From assembly GCA_963666755.2 (NCBI GenBank), contig CAXXGW010000002.1, positions 41,606 to 105,605 of the forward strand: a stretch of DNA of 64,000 nucleotides, read 5' to 3'. This document shows, piece by piece, positions 17,164 to 26,059 of this stretch. A model generated the notes under the pieces. The model made no database searches and was not told the origin of the DNA. It saw only the letters and a list, made by a program, of their open reading frames with translations. The DNA comes from Candidatus Limiplasma sp. (GTDB lineage: Bacteria; Bacillota; Clostridia; Christensenellales; Aristaeellaceae). Within the stretch, counting starts at the first letter, position 1; each line of letters starts with the position of its first letter. The position numbers and the translations under genes were made by a program.

Positions 17164-18159
17164 ATGGAGCCGTTGGTCAGCATTTGCTGCGTTACCTACA
17201 ACCACGCCGCGACCCTTGCCCAGGCGCTGGACGGGTTTTTGATGCAGCGCGGCGTGCGCGTGGAGGTTCTGGTACATGACGACGCCTCCACCGACGGCAC
17301 GCAGGCGCTGCTGCAAAGGTATGCCGATCGCTATCCCGATACCGTCAAGCCGCTGTACGAAACCGAGAACCAGTACCGCAAGGGCGTAGCGATGGATGCC
17401 ACCTTCAACTTCCCCCGCGCCACGGGGGAGTATATCGCCCTGTGCGAAGGCGACGATGCCTGGACCGATCCCGATAAGCTCGCCCGGCAGATCGAATGCC
17501 TGCGTGCGCACCCGGGCGCGACCTTCTGCTTTACCAACGCGACTGTGCGCGACGTTTCCGGCCGCGCGCCGGATCGCCCCTTCCTGCCCTATTACCCGGA
17601 GGAGGCCGCCTGGCTTGCCGCCGATACCGCCGTGTACCATCTAGGGCGGCTCACGCACCTCACGTTTATCCCCACGGCATCGTTCGTGTTCCCGCGTGCG
17701 GCGCTGGAGGCCATCCCGCCCGCGATGCTTACCGCGCCCTGCCCCTACGGCGATCTGCGCCTCAAGCTGATGCTGACCGCCGTGGGTTTTGCCGTGTACC
17801 TGCCCGCCGATACCTGCCTGTACCGCCTGAACACCGCCAGCAGCGCCATGGCCCGCTGGGGCGCGGAGCCGGCCGCGCGCACGCGCGAACGCTGCGCGCA
17901 AACCCTGCGGATGCTTGCAGATGTGCAGACGCTGTGCGGCGAGCGCTGTCAGGCCGAGCTGCAACGCCTGCGCGATGCGCAGCTGCGGGTGCTTTTGTAT
18001 GCCACCCCGACCCGCGCACTGCTGCGGCAGCCGGAGGCGCGGCGCGTGTACCGCGCGCTGCCCCTGCCCCGGCGGCTTGTGTGCCGCCTGAAGGCCTGCC
18101 TGCCGGACGACGCGCTGCGCACCCTGCGCGCGCGCCTGCGCCGCGCTCCGCACGCCTGA
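17164..18159 (+). CDS. family-2 glycosyltransferase
   Basis: N-terminus MEPLVSICCVTYNHAATLAQALDGFLMQ…VLVHDDASTDGT is the classic GT2 pattern. A later segment reads CEGDDAW. GGGAGGG lies upstream. Confidence 0.85.
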   Translation: MEPLVSICCVTYNHAATLAQALDGFLMQRGVRVEVLVHDDASTDGTQALLQRYADRYPDTVKPLYETENQYRKGVAMDATFNFPRATGEYIALCEGDDAWTDPDKLARQIECLRAHPGATFCFTNATVRDVSGRAPDRPFLPYYPEEAAWLAADTAVYHLGRLTHLTFIPTASFVFPRAALEAIPPAMLTAPCPYGDLRLKLMLTAVGFAVYLPADTCLYRLNTASSAMARWGAEPAARTRERCAQTLRMLADVQTLCGERCQAELQRLRDAQLRVLLYATPTRALLRQPEARRVYRALPLPRRLVCRLKACLPDDALRTLRARLRRAPHA

Positions 18160-18201
18160 AATCCCCGCCCCGCTTTTACCGGAAAGAAGGGAAGGTTGCC
18201 T

Positions 18202-19284
18202 GTGTCCATTCAAGTTGCGCGCAGCTCCATGCCTCCGTTTGAGGAGTTCTGCGCCGAGATTCGCGGCCTGTGGGACAGCCATTGGCTGACCAACAACGGC
18301 GAAAAGGCGCTTGCGCTGGAAGCCGCCCTGCGCGCGTATCTGGACGCGCCCCATGTGGTGCTGTTTTCCAACGGCCATCTGGCGCTGGAAGCCGCCGTGC
18401 GCGCGCTGGGCCTCAGCGGCGAAGTGATCACCACGCCGTTTACGTTTGCCTCCACCACGCACGCGCTGGTGCGCTGCGGGGTTACGCCGGTGTTTGCCGA
18501 CGTGCGCCCCGACACCCTGACGCTAGACCCCGCCTGTGTGGAACCGCTGATTACCGAACGCACCACCGCGCTTTTACCGGTGCACGTGTACGGCAACTAC
18601 TGCGATGTGGACGCGCTGGCCGCGCTGGCCGACCGCTATCACCTGCGCCTGCTCTACGACGCGGCGCACGCCTTCGGGGCCACGCACGGGGGCCGCAGCG
18701 CGGCCGCCTTTGGCGACGCGGCCATGTTCAGCTTTCACGCCACCAAGGTATTCCACACCATTGAGGGCGGCGCGGTCGCCTGCCGTGACGCGGCGCTGGC
18801 CGACGCGCTGCGGCTGGAACGCAACTTCGGCATTACCGGGCCGGAAACCGCTATATCGGTGGGCGGCAACGCCAAGATGAACGAGGTGCAGGCCGCGATG
18901 GGCCTATGCAACCTGCGCCACCTGGCCGGGGAGATCGACAAGCGCCGCGCCGTGTGCGCCCGTTATCATACCCGGCTGGACGGGGTGCCCGGCCTGCGCC
19001 TGTGCCCCGAGCACACCGATGATAACTGCGCCTACCTGCCCGTGTTTTTTGAAGATTTCCACCTGACGCGGGACGAGGCTTTTGCCCGGCTGGCCGCGCA
19101 GGATATTTTCGCCCGCAAGTATTTTTACCCCCTGACCACCGCGCTGCAATGCTACGCCGGGCGCTTCGACCCTGAGGCCACGCCCGTCGCCCTGCGCGCC
19201 AGCGAACAGGTGCTCACCCTGCCGCTGTACGCCGATCTGGACCTTGCCACGGTAGACCGCATCTGCGATATCCTGCTGGCCTGA
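18202..19284 (+). CDS. DegT/DnrJ/EryC1/StrS-family sugar aminotransferase
   Basis: Typical family motifs are present (…SNGHLALEAAVRALGL…ITTPFTFASTTHAL…FSFHATKVFHTIEGG). GTG 18202 follows a GAAGGGAAGG RBS. TTG 18196 is an alternative start. Confidence 0.9.
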   Translation: MSIQVARSSMPPFEEFCAEIRGLWDSHWLTNNGEKALALEAALRAYLDAPHVVLFSNGHLALEAAVRALGLSGEVITTPFTFASTTHALVRCGVTPVFADVRPDTLTLDPACVEPLITERTTALLPVHVYGNYCDVDALAALADRYHLRLLYDAAHAFGATHGGRSAAAFGDAAMFSFHATKVFHTIEGGAVACRDAALADALRLERNFGITGPETAISVGGNAKMNEVQAAMGLCNLRHLAGEIDKRRAVCARYHTRLDGVPGLRLCPEHTDDNCAYLPVFFEDFHLTRDEAFARLAAQDIFARKYFYPLTTALQCYAGRFDPEATPVALRASEQVLTLPLYADLDLATVDRICDILLA

Positions 19285-19306
19285 AAGCCGGAAAGGAGCC
19301 ACAGCC

Positions 19307-20782
19307 TTGAGCGAAACCACCAAACGCACGGCGGGCCGTTCCTTCCTCTTCAAGCTGGCGGAAAGCACAGGCACGCAGGGCATCAGCTTTCTGGTGGGCA
19401 TCGTGCTGGCCCGCCTGCTGGACCCCACGGACTATGCCGTGCTCACGCTGCTGACGGTGTTCATCAGCCTTTCGCGCGTGTTTGTGCAAAGCGGGCTGAA
19501 CACCGCGCTGGTGCAGCGCCTGCAGGTGGACGAAACCGACCTGTCCAGCGTGTTTTACCTGAGCCTGGGCATCGCCGCGGGCTGCTACGCGCTTTTGTAC
19601 GTAACCGCGCCGCTGATCGCCGCATTTTACCGCCAGCCGGAGCTGACGTCGCTAATGCGCGTGCTCGCGCTGGTGCTGCTGCCCGGGGCGCTCAACTCCG
19701 TACAGCAGGCCGTGATCGCGCGGCAGATGTCGTTTCACAAGCTCATGTGGGCCAGCATCGCGGCCAACGTGCTCTCCGGCGCGGCCGGCATCGCGATGGC
19801 GGCGGCGGGCGCGGGCGCGTGGGCGCTGATCGTGCAGCAGCTGGTCAATCAGGTGGCGGTGTGCGTGATCCTGCTGTTTACGGTGCCGTGGCGGCCCCGG
19901 CTGCTGTTTTCCTGGAACAAGGTACGCGGGCTGTTCTCCTTCGGGTGGAAGCTGCTGGTGTCCAGCCTGATTGAAACCCTCTACAACAACCTGCGCACGC
20001 TGGTGATCGGCCGCGTGTTCGACAAGCCGCAGCTGGGCTACTATAACCGCGGGCGGCAGTTTCCGGAACTGGTGATGAACAACGTCAACGGTTCCATCCA
20101 GAGCGTGATGCTGCCGGTACTCTCCGGCGAGCAGGAACGCCGCGACCGCATGAAGGCCATGACGCGGCGGGCGATCATGGCCAGCTCCTACCTGGTGTTT
20201 CCGATGATGGCGGGGCTGGCGCTGGTGGCCGACCCGCTCATCCGGCTGCTGCTGACGGATAAGTGGCTTCCCTGCGTGCCGTTTCTGTGGATCTGCTGCG
20301 CCGATTTTGCCTTTTACCCCGTGCACACCAGCAATTTGCAGGCCATCAATGCCATGGGGCGCAGCGATGTGTTCCTGCGGCTGGAAGTGATTAAGAAGGC
20401 TTACGGGCTGGCGATTCTGGCCATATCGCTGTTCTGCTTTCACGATGTGCTGGTGGTGGCGGGCGGCAGCGTTGTCAGTACGCTGATCGCCACCTTTGTA
20501 AACGCCGCCCCCAACAAACGGCTGCTGGGGTATCGCTATCTGGAGCAGGTGCGCGACCTGCTGCCTTCGCTGGGCCTCACCGCGCTGATGGGCGCAGCCG
20601 TCTGGGCCGCCGGGCTGATTCCGCTTGCGCCGCTGTGGCGGCTGCTGGTACAAACAGCCGTAGGGGTGGCGGTGTACGGGGGGCTGTCTGTGTTGTTCAA
20701 GCCCGAAGCCTACCGGGGGGTGCTGGACATGGCGCGCGCCCTGCGCAGCCGCCCCGCGCCCGACGCCGACCCCGCCGCCTGA
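19307..20782 (+). CDS. Wzx-type oligosaccharide flippase (MOP superfamily)
   Basis: A 491-aa protein with ~12-14 TMs and a polysaccharide-biosynthesis-protein pattern (…LARLLDPTDYAVLTLLTVFISL…). TTG start 8 nt after AAGGAG. Confidence 0.85.
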   Translation: MSETTKRTAGRSFLFKLAESTGTQGISFLVGIVLARLLDPTDYAVLTLLTVFISLSRVFVQSGLNTALVQRLQVDETDLSSVFYLSLGIAAGCYALLYVTAPLIAAFYRQPELTSLMRVLALVLLPGALNSVQQAVIARQMSFHKLMWASIAANVLSGAAGIAMAAAGAGAWALIVQQLVNQVAVCVILLFTVPWRPRLLFSWNKVRGLFSFGWKLLVSSLIETLYNNLRTLVIGRVFDKPQLGYYNRGRQFPELVMNNVNGSIQSVMLPVLSGEQERRDRMKAMTRRAIMASSYLVFPMMAGLALVADPLIRLLLTDKWLPCVPFLWICCADFAFYPVHTSNLQAINAMGRSDVFLRLEVIKKAYGLAILAISLFCFHDVLVVAGGSVVSTLIATFVNAAPNKRLLGYRYLEQVRDLLPSLGLTALMGAAVWAAGLIPLAPLWRLLVQTAVGVAVYGGLSVLFKPEAYRGVLDMARALRSRPAPDADPAA

Positions 20783-20821
20783 CCGCCGCCGCGCCCCACT
20801 CACGCAAGGGAGGGTTTTCCG

Positions 20822-21784
20822 ATGCCGACCGTACTGCTGACCGCCATAGGCTCCGCCGCGGCGCATGCTGCCCATACGGCCCTGACCGCCGCGGGCTGCC
20901 GGGTGCTCGGCTGCGATATTTATCCCCGCGCCTGGAACGTGAACGCCATGGAGATGGAACCGTTCCTGAACGTGCCTCCGGCCACCGATGCGGAGGCCTA
21001 CACCGCAGCGCTGCTGGACGCCGTGCGCGCCTACGGCATCCAGGCTATCCTGCCCCTGACCGACGTGGAGGTGGACGTGCTTTGCACCCGTAAGCCTGCC
21101 TTTGCAGCGCTGGGCGCGACCGTCTGCTGCCCCGAACCCGCCGTGGCCGACCTTTGCCGCGATAAGCTGCGCATGGCGCAATCGCTGGATGCGGCGGGGC
21201 TGTGCGACGTGATCCCCACATGGACGCGCGAAACCCTCCCGGCGGAGCCGCCCTACCCGCTGCTGCTCAAACCCCTGCGGGGCCGCAGCAGTCAGGCCCA
21301 ACAGGTGGCGGACGATGCGCAGGCGCTTACCCTGGCGCTCAGCCAGCGGGCGGATTACATCCTCCAGCCCTATTGGCCCGGCGACGTATACACCGTCGAT
21401 TGCGCCCGCGATGCGCAAGGCAACACGGTTACCCTGACCCGCCGGGAGCGCCTGCGCACTGTGAACGGGCTTGGCACCGCGGTGGAAATCTGCCCCGCCC
21501 ATCCGCTGGACGCGGTGTGCCGCGGCATACTGGCCCATGTAGGGCTGGTGGGCGTGGTCAATATGGAGTTTATCCGCCGTGGGGATACCTACCGCTTTTT
21601 AGAGGTCAACCCCCGCTTTTCAGGCGGGGTTGGGTTCAGCCTGCTGGCGGGGTATGATTTTGTGAATGCCATGCTGCGCTGCCACGCGGGGTTACCGCTG
21701 GTACCGGCTCCGGTTTTCGCGCCGATGACGCTGGCACAGCGCTATGAGATGTGTATCACGCGCCGGGGCGGAGAAGATCAGTAA
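20822..21784 (+). CDS. ATP-grasp domain enzyme
   Basis: ATP-grasp layout (…PLLLKPLRGRSSQ…, …VVNMEFIRRGDTYRFLEVNPRFSGG…). GGGAGGG lies 7 nt upstream. Confidence 0.8.
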   Translation: MPTVLLTAIGSAAAHAAHTALTAAGCRVLGCDIYPRAWNVNAMEMEPFLNVPPATDAEAYTAALLDAVRAYGIQAILPLTDVEVDVLCTRKPAFAALGATVCCPEPAVADLCRDKLRMAQSLDAAGLCDVIPTWTRETLPAEPPYPLLLKPLRGRSSQAQQVADDAQALTLALSQRADYILQPYWPGDVYTVDCARDAQGNTVTLTRRERLRTVNGLGTAVEICPAHPLDAVCRGILAHVGLVGVVNMEFIRRGDTYRFLEVNPRFSGGVGFSLLAGYDFVNAMLRCHAGLPLVPAPVFAPMTLAQRYEMCITRRGGEDQ

Positions 21785-21788
21785 AAAT

Positions 21789-22385
21789 GGGTCAAGGGCC
21801 AAGGGCCCTTGTCAGGTTTCCAAAGGGTGAAACCCTTTGGTAGGTTTGGGCGAAGCCCATGCCCTCAGCCGCAGCGAGAGTGCGCAGCGCGCGAACAGCG
21901 CCAAAGGCGCTATGAGGCGCGCGGGGATAGAAATAAGCCGCATGAAAGCAAAAAGGGGGTCAAGGGCCAAGGGCCCTTGTCAGGTTTCCAAAGGGTGAAA
22001 CCCTTTGGTAGGTTTGGGCGAAGCCCATGCCCTCAGCCGCAGCGAGAGTGCGCAGCGCGCGAACAGCGCCGCAGGCGCTATGAGGCGCGCGGGGATAGAA
22101 GCCTGCCTCATGCAAGCGGTAGAAGCTGGTTAGGTGCCATCTCCTTCCCCGTATAGGGCAAAACAAGGCTCTTGAATACAACCAGAAAGGCCGGGGCGAT
22201 CGCCCCGGCCTGTGCTGTTTCACTTTGGAAGGGTTCAGGCCATGAGCCGTACCCGCGCGCCTCATAGCGCCTTCGGCGCTGTTCGCGCGCTACTTTTTTG
22301 GGGTAGATCCGGGGGACGCAGGGGTTTCACCCCTGCACCATGACAAGGGCTTCGCCCTTGACCCCTCTCCGCTGCGGCGGGGGGC
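21789..22385. repeat. A-type mosaic hairpin-module array: 2 tandem 168-bp units, central hairpin, 1 inverted variant unit
   Basis: Units start at 21789 and 21957 (GGGTCAAGGGCC…TTTCCAAAGGGTGAAACCCTTTGG…GCGCGAACAGCGCCnnnnGGCGCTATGAGGCGCGCGGGG). The central GGCCGGGGCGATCGCCCCGGCC is at 22189-22210 and the inverted variant at ~22252-22385. Confidence 0.9.
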
Positions 22386-22420
22386 TTGTGATTCTACCCT
22401 TACACCTATTTTCCACTTGC

Positions 22421-23707
22421 TCAGGTTTCGCCCATGGCCTGCAAATATTCCTCCAGGCACCAGCCCTTATCCCGCATCACCACGGAGTGCTGCACCCCCA
22501 CATACCGGATATGCCACACCTCGGCGGTAAAGCCGGTAATGGCTTCCTTGCCCTCCTGATACCGCACAATAAACCCATAATCCCAGCAGTTTTTGTGCAG
22601 CCAGATTTGCTGCTTGGTGCCCTTGAAAATCGTATCGGCCACCGTAATATCAAACGCGAGGCCCGTATGGTGCTCGCTGGTGCCGGGGTCGGCCACGGTC
22701 TGCTGCGTGGCGCTCACGGCCGAGGCTTTGGTGCGCCCATCCTTGAGGTACTCCTGCACCTTGTCGTCAAACAGTTTCTTCTGGTACGCATAGCTGCGGT
22801 ACCCGGCGCTGATCTGCCAGCCGGTGATACCGTCGGCCTTGGCGGCCTCAAACATCTCCTTGAGCGCGTCCACCGCCTCGCGGTTGCCCTGAATTTCGCT
22901 GCCCTTAACGTATACCAGGCTGGACGGCAGGGTGTTGCGCAACCCCACCAGATCGCTGGGCTGATAATCCTGCGGCACCGGATGGTCGCGGTTTACCAGC
23001 AGCGGCATCGTCGCGGGGTCCGGCGTAGGGGTAACCTGCACGGCGGGCGCATCGGAGGCGAACACCGCGGCCATGGTGGCGCTGCCGCATACGCCGTCCA
23101 CATCCAGCCCGTTCTGGCTCTGGAACAGGCGGATGGCCTCCTGCGTGCCGCCGCCGTAATCGCCATCCACGCCGCCGGCGTAATAGCCCAAATCCTTCAG
23201 GCGCTGCTGCAGGCTCTTGACGGCGTCGCCCTGATCCCCCTTGCTCAGCTTGGAGGGCGTGGGCGAAGGCGTGGGCGTGGGGATGTAATAATCCGCCTTG
23301 CCGCCGTACAGCGATGCAAGCGTGTCCGCACCGGCCAGCCCGTCGGCAATCAGCCCCTGCTGGTTCTGGAAAAGCTTGACCGCCAGCGCCGTGGCCTGCC
23401 CGTACTGCCCGTCCACCTCGCCGGTATAGTAACCCAGCGTCTTGAGCTGGGTCTGCAGGCGGGTTACCTCGTCGCCAGCGGTGCCCAGCTTGAGCACCAG
23501 CGCCGTCGCGGCAGGGGTGTTGGCCGGGTCGGCCGTTACCATCAGCATGCTGGCGGTATTGGCGGTGGGGGTGGGCGTGGCGTTGCGCTCGCGGTCAAGC
23601 GAGGTATATGCGTCCATCGTGCCCGGCGCAAGCAGGTAAATGCCCACGCAGCAGGCTGCGAGGGCCACCCAGAGCAGGAGGGTTGTAATGCTCGGCTTCT
23701 GACGCAT
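22421..23707 (-). CDS. VanY-type (M15B) D,D-carboxypeptidase with three PG_binding_1 repeats
   Basis: N-terminal TM, three repeats of the type GDEVTRLQTQLKTLGYYTGEVDGQYG, and a C-terminal SAGYRSYAYQ…SEHHTGLAFDI…WHIRYVG catalytic pattern. ATG 23707 follows AAGGAG. Confidence 0.85.
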   Translation of the reverse strand: MRQKPSITTLLLWVALAACCVGIYLLAPGTMDAYTSLDRERNATPTPTANTASMLMVTADPANTPAATALVLKLGTAGDEVTRLQTQLKTLGYYTGEVDGQYGQATALAVKLFQNQQGLIADGLAGADTLASLYGGKADYYIPTPTPSPTPSKLSKGDQGDAVKSLQQRLKDLGYYAGGVDGDYGGGTQEAIRLFQSQNGLDVDGVCGSATMAAVFASDAPAVQVTPTPDPATMPLLVNRDHPVPQDYQPSDLVGLRNTLPSSLVYVKGSEIQGNREAVDALKEMFEAAKADGITGWQISAGYRSYAYQKKLFDDKVQEYLKDGRTKASAVSATQQTVADPGTSEHHTGLAFDITVADTIFKGTKQQIWLHKNCWDYGFIVRYQEGKEAITGFTAEVWHIRYVGVQHSVVMRDKGWCLEEYLQAMGET

Positions 23708-23812
23708 GGCGGCTCCTTTCGGCTGGGGGCGGCTTAGCGCGCAAACCCCGGTTATACAACGGCGCACCCCTGCCGGTTATGCCCGCGCGGGCGGGTTTTT
23801 ACAGGCGCGGCG

Positions 23813-24724
23813 TTACGCGCGCCACAGCGGCCGGGGGTAAAGCCCCGCGTCGGTCATGCTCTGCAATGCCTCGATTACGCCGGGGCGGTCCTCCCGGTAG
23901 GTAACGCCGTACCAGCGATCCGGCGTGGCGGCCACGGTCACGCGGGCACGCCCCGCGCGCAGCAGCGCGTCCACCGCAAAGGGCAGAAAGAACTCCGCCT
24001 TGGCCGGGTTTTCCTTGAGCGCCGTGTCCAGAAACGCGGGGAAGGCCTCGGCCAGCCGATCCATCATCGCGCGGGGGAAGCCCCACAGGTTCATGCTCAC
24101 GATGGTCTGCGGGTCCAGCCGGGTATAGGTTTGCAGGTCCTCGCTCATCAGCGGGCCGTCGACGGTGGAGATGATATGCGTGCGCTCGTTGATATCTTGC
24201 AGCATCCCGTCGGCATCCACCTCGCACACGCCGCGCGCAACGCTGCCGCTCGCGCTCAGGGTGTTGGTCAGGTGGTAGCCCACCATGGAAAAATCGCAGT
24301 CGCCCTGCACGCGGGCCAGCGCATCGTACGCCAGCTGGAACGCTTTGGCGCCGTAATAATCGTCCGCGTTAATCACGCAAAAGGGCGCGTCGATCTGCGC
24401 GCGGGCGGCCAGCACCGCATGCCCCGTACCCCACGGCTTGCTGCGCCCCTCCGGCACGGCGTACCCGGCGGGCAGGTCGGTCAGCTCCTGATAGGCGAAG
24501 CTGAACGGCATACGCACGCGGCTGCCCAGCAGGCGGCGGAAGTCCTCTTCGTTTTCCCGTTTGATGACCAGCACCGCGCGGCCAAAACCGGCGCGGCGCG
24601 CGTCGAAAAGCGAATAGTCCAGGATAAACTCCCCATCCGGCCCGACGGGGTCCATCTGTTTGAGCCCGCCGTAGCGGCTGCCCATCCCCGCGGCCATAAT
24701 CAGCAGGATCGGTTTGACGGCCAT
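23813..24724 (-). CDS. sugar-phosphate nucleotidyltransferase family protein
   Basis: N-terminal LIMAAGMGSRYGGLKQMDPVG is the GxGxR nucleotidyltransferase signature. ~300 aa with a GT-A-like fold pattern. Confidence 0.8.
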   Translation of the reverse strand: MAVKPILLIMAAGMGSRYGGLKQMDPVGPDGEFILDYSLFDARRAGFGRAVLVIKRENEEDFRRLLGSRVRMPFSFAYQELTDLPAGYAVPEGRSKPWGTGHAVLAARAQIDAPFCVINADDYYGAKAFQLAYDALARVQGDCDFSMVGYHLTNTLSASGSVARGVCEVDADGMLQDINERTHIISTVDGPLMSEDLQTYTRLDPQTIVSMNLWGFPRAMMDRLAEAFPAFLDTALKENPAKAEFFLPFAVDALLRAGRARVTVAATPDRWYGVTYREDRPGVIEALQSMTDAGLYPRPLWRA

Positions 24725-24976
24725 GCAAGGGTCACTCCGTTTCCTTGGTTGTGCCAGCCGCGTGCAGCCGGGGGCGGCGTGCGGCAGTCCTGTATTGTAT
24801 TATACCATGGGGCAGGCCCGTGCGGCAACCGCCGCAGGTTGCCGGGGCGGGCGCCTGGTGGCACGCGGCGCATCAGGAAGGGCTGCCACGCCCCTCCACG
24901 GTGGAGCGCACCCCCGGCATAGCTCGGTAAATATGACGAAATTGTGGAGGGAACATGACGGGCTATGACCAGATTG

Positions 24977-25094
24977 TTGACATTGCGTTGTGAATATGCT
25001 ATACTTCGTTGAACGTTGCGGGCCGCCTCGCTTTTTAAGGGCCGGTCGGGCGCAACGGCAAGCCGCTTGACTCATGAGCAATCATTTGTAATAT
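24977..25094 (+). promoter_or_regulatory. two tandem sigma-A type promoters upstream of the MBL hydrolase gene
   Basis: P1 is TTGACA (24977-24982), 17-nt spacer, TGcTATACT (25000-25005). P2 is TTGACT (25067-25072), 16-nt spacer, TAATAT (25089-25094). Confidence 0.6.
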
Positions 25095-25161
25095 TTTGTA
25101 AACCCGAAAGCAGAAGGGTGCAGAATGTTACGACGTTTTCATGATGATGGAGGTTTTTTTT

Positions 25162-26037
25162 GTGCAAAAACAGCTCAAGGTTACATATCATTACAACAGC
25201 GGGTTCTCCATCCGGGTGGGAAGCAGCCTGCTGGTGTTCGACTACTGGGAGGGTGAAAACAGGCGGCTATCCGAGGTTGGCAGGTTAAACCGGAGCATCC
25301 TCAAGGCGTTTGAACAGGTCTACGTTTTCATCAGCCACGCGCATCCCGACCATCTGGACCCCGTGGTGTACGATTGGCGCAACGACGTGCCCAACATCCA
25401 ATACATTGTCAGTGCCGACCTGCCCATTGGCAAGCGCGGCCGCCGCGTCGCCCCGCTGGATACCCTGACGCTCAGCCAGGACATCAGCGTTCAGGCGTTT
25501 GACAGCACCGACCTGGGCGTGAGCTTTTTAGTGACCGCCTACGGCATGCGCATCTTCCACGCGGGCGACCTGAACCTGTGGCACTGGCGGCAGGAAAGCT
25601 CCCTGCGGGAAATCGAAGCCGCCGAGGAAGCCTTCTACACCGCCTGCGAGCCAATCCCCTCTGGGCAGATCGATCTGGCCATGTTTCCCGTCGACCCACG
25701 GCAGGGTCTTTTGTACGACGCGGGCGCCAATCACTTTATCCTGACGAAGAAGCCGCGCCTGTTCATCCCCATGCACTGGCAGGATCGCCCCGAGGTGGCC
25801 ATCGACTTTGCGCGGCGGGCGCGCACCCCGCAAACCGAGGTGCTGGCCATGACCCGCCCGGGCGAATCCGCCACCATCACCTATGACGACCGTATTCTGG
25901 ACATCCACATTGTGGAGCCGCCCAAGGATTTGAACGACCTTCCCCCCACCCCGGCGCGCCGCCCCGATTACCGCGGGCTGGGCGAAACGGGCGAGGATCC
26001 CTTTGCCGATACCGACCTGCCCGTGGATTTCAGCTGA
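25162..26037 (+). CDS. MBL-fold metallo-hydrolase
   Basis: Contains the HxHxDH motif (ISHAHPDHLD). GTG 25162 lies 8 nt after GGAGG. ATG 25141 is an alternative start. Confidence 0.75.
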   Translation: MQKQLKVTYHYNSGFSIRVGSSLLVFDYWEGENRRLSEVGRLNRSILKAFEQVYVFISHAHPDHLDPVVYDWRNDVPNIQYIVSADLPIGKRGRRVAPLDTLTLSQDISVQAFDSTDLGVSFLVTAYGMRIFHAGDLNLWHWRQESSLREIEAAEEAFYTACEPIPSGQIDLAMFPVDPRQGLLYDAGANHFILTKKPRLFIPMHWQDRPEVAIDFARRARTPQTEVLAMTRPGESATITYDDRILDIHIVEPPKDLNDLPPTPARRPDYRGLGETGEDPFADTDLPVDFS

Positions 26038-26059
26038 GGGCGGAATGGGGACAGCGGGA

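Noticed and set aside
21789-22385. Tandem repeat arrays (also 26060-26805 and 61040-61950) as CRISPR arrays
   Set aside because: The units are 168-169 bp head-to-tail with no unique spacers between them. There are inverted copies within the same array and no cas genes or leader. They are not CRISPR.
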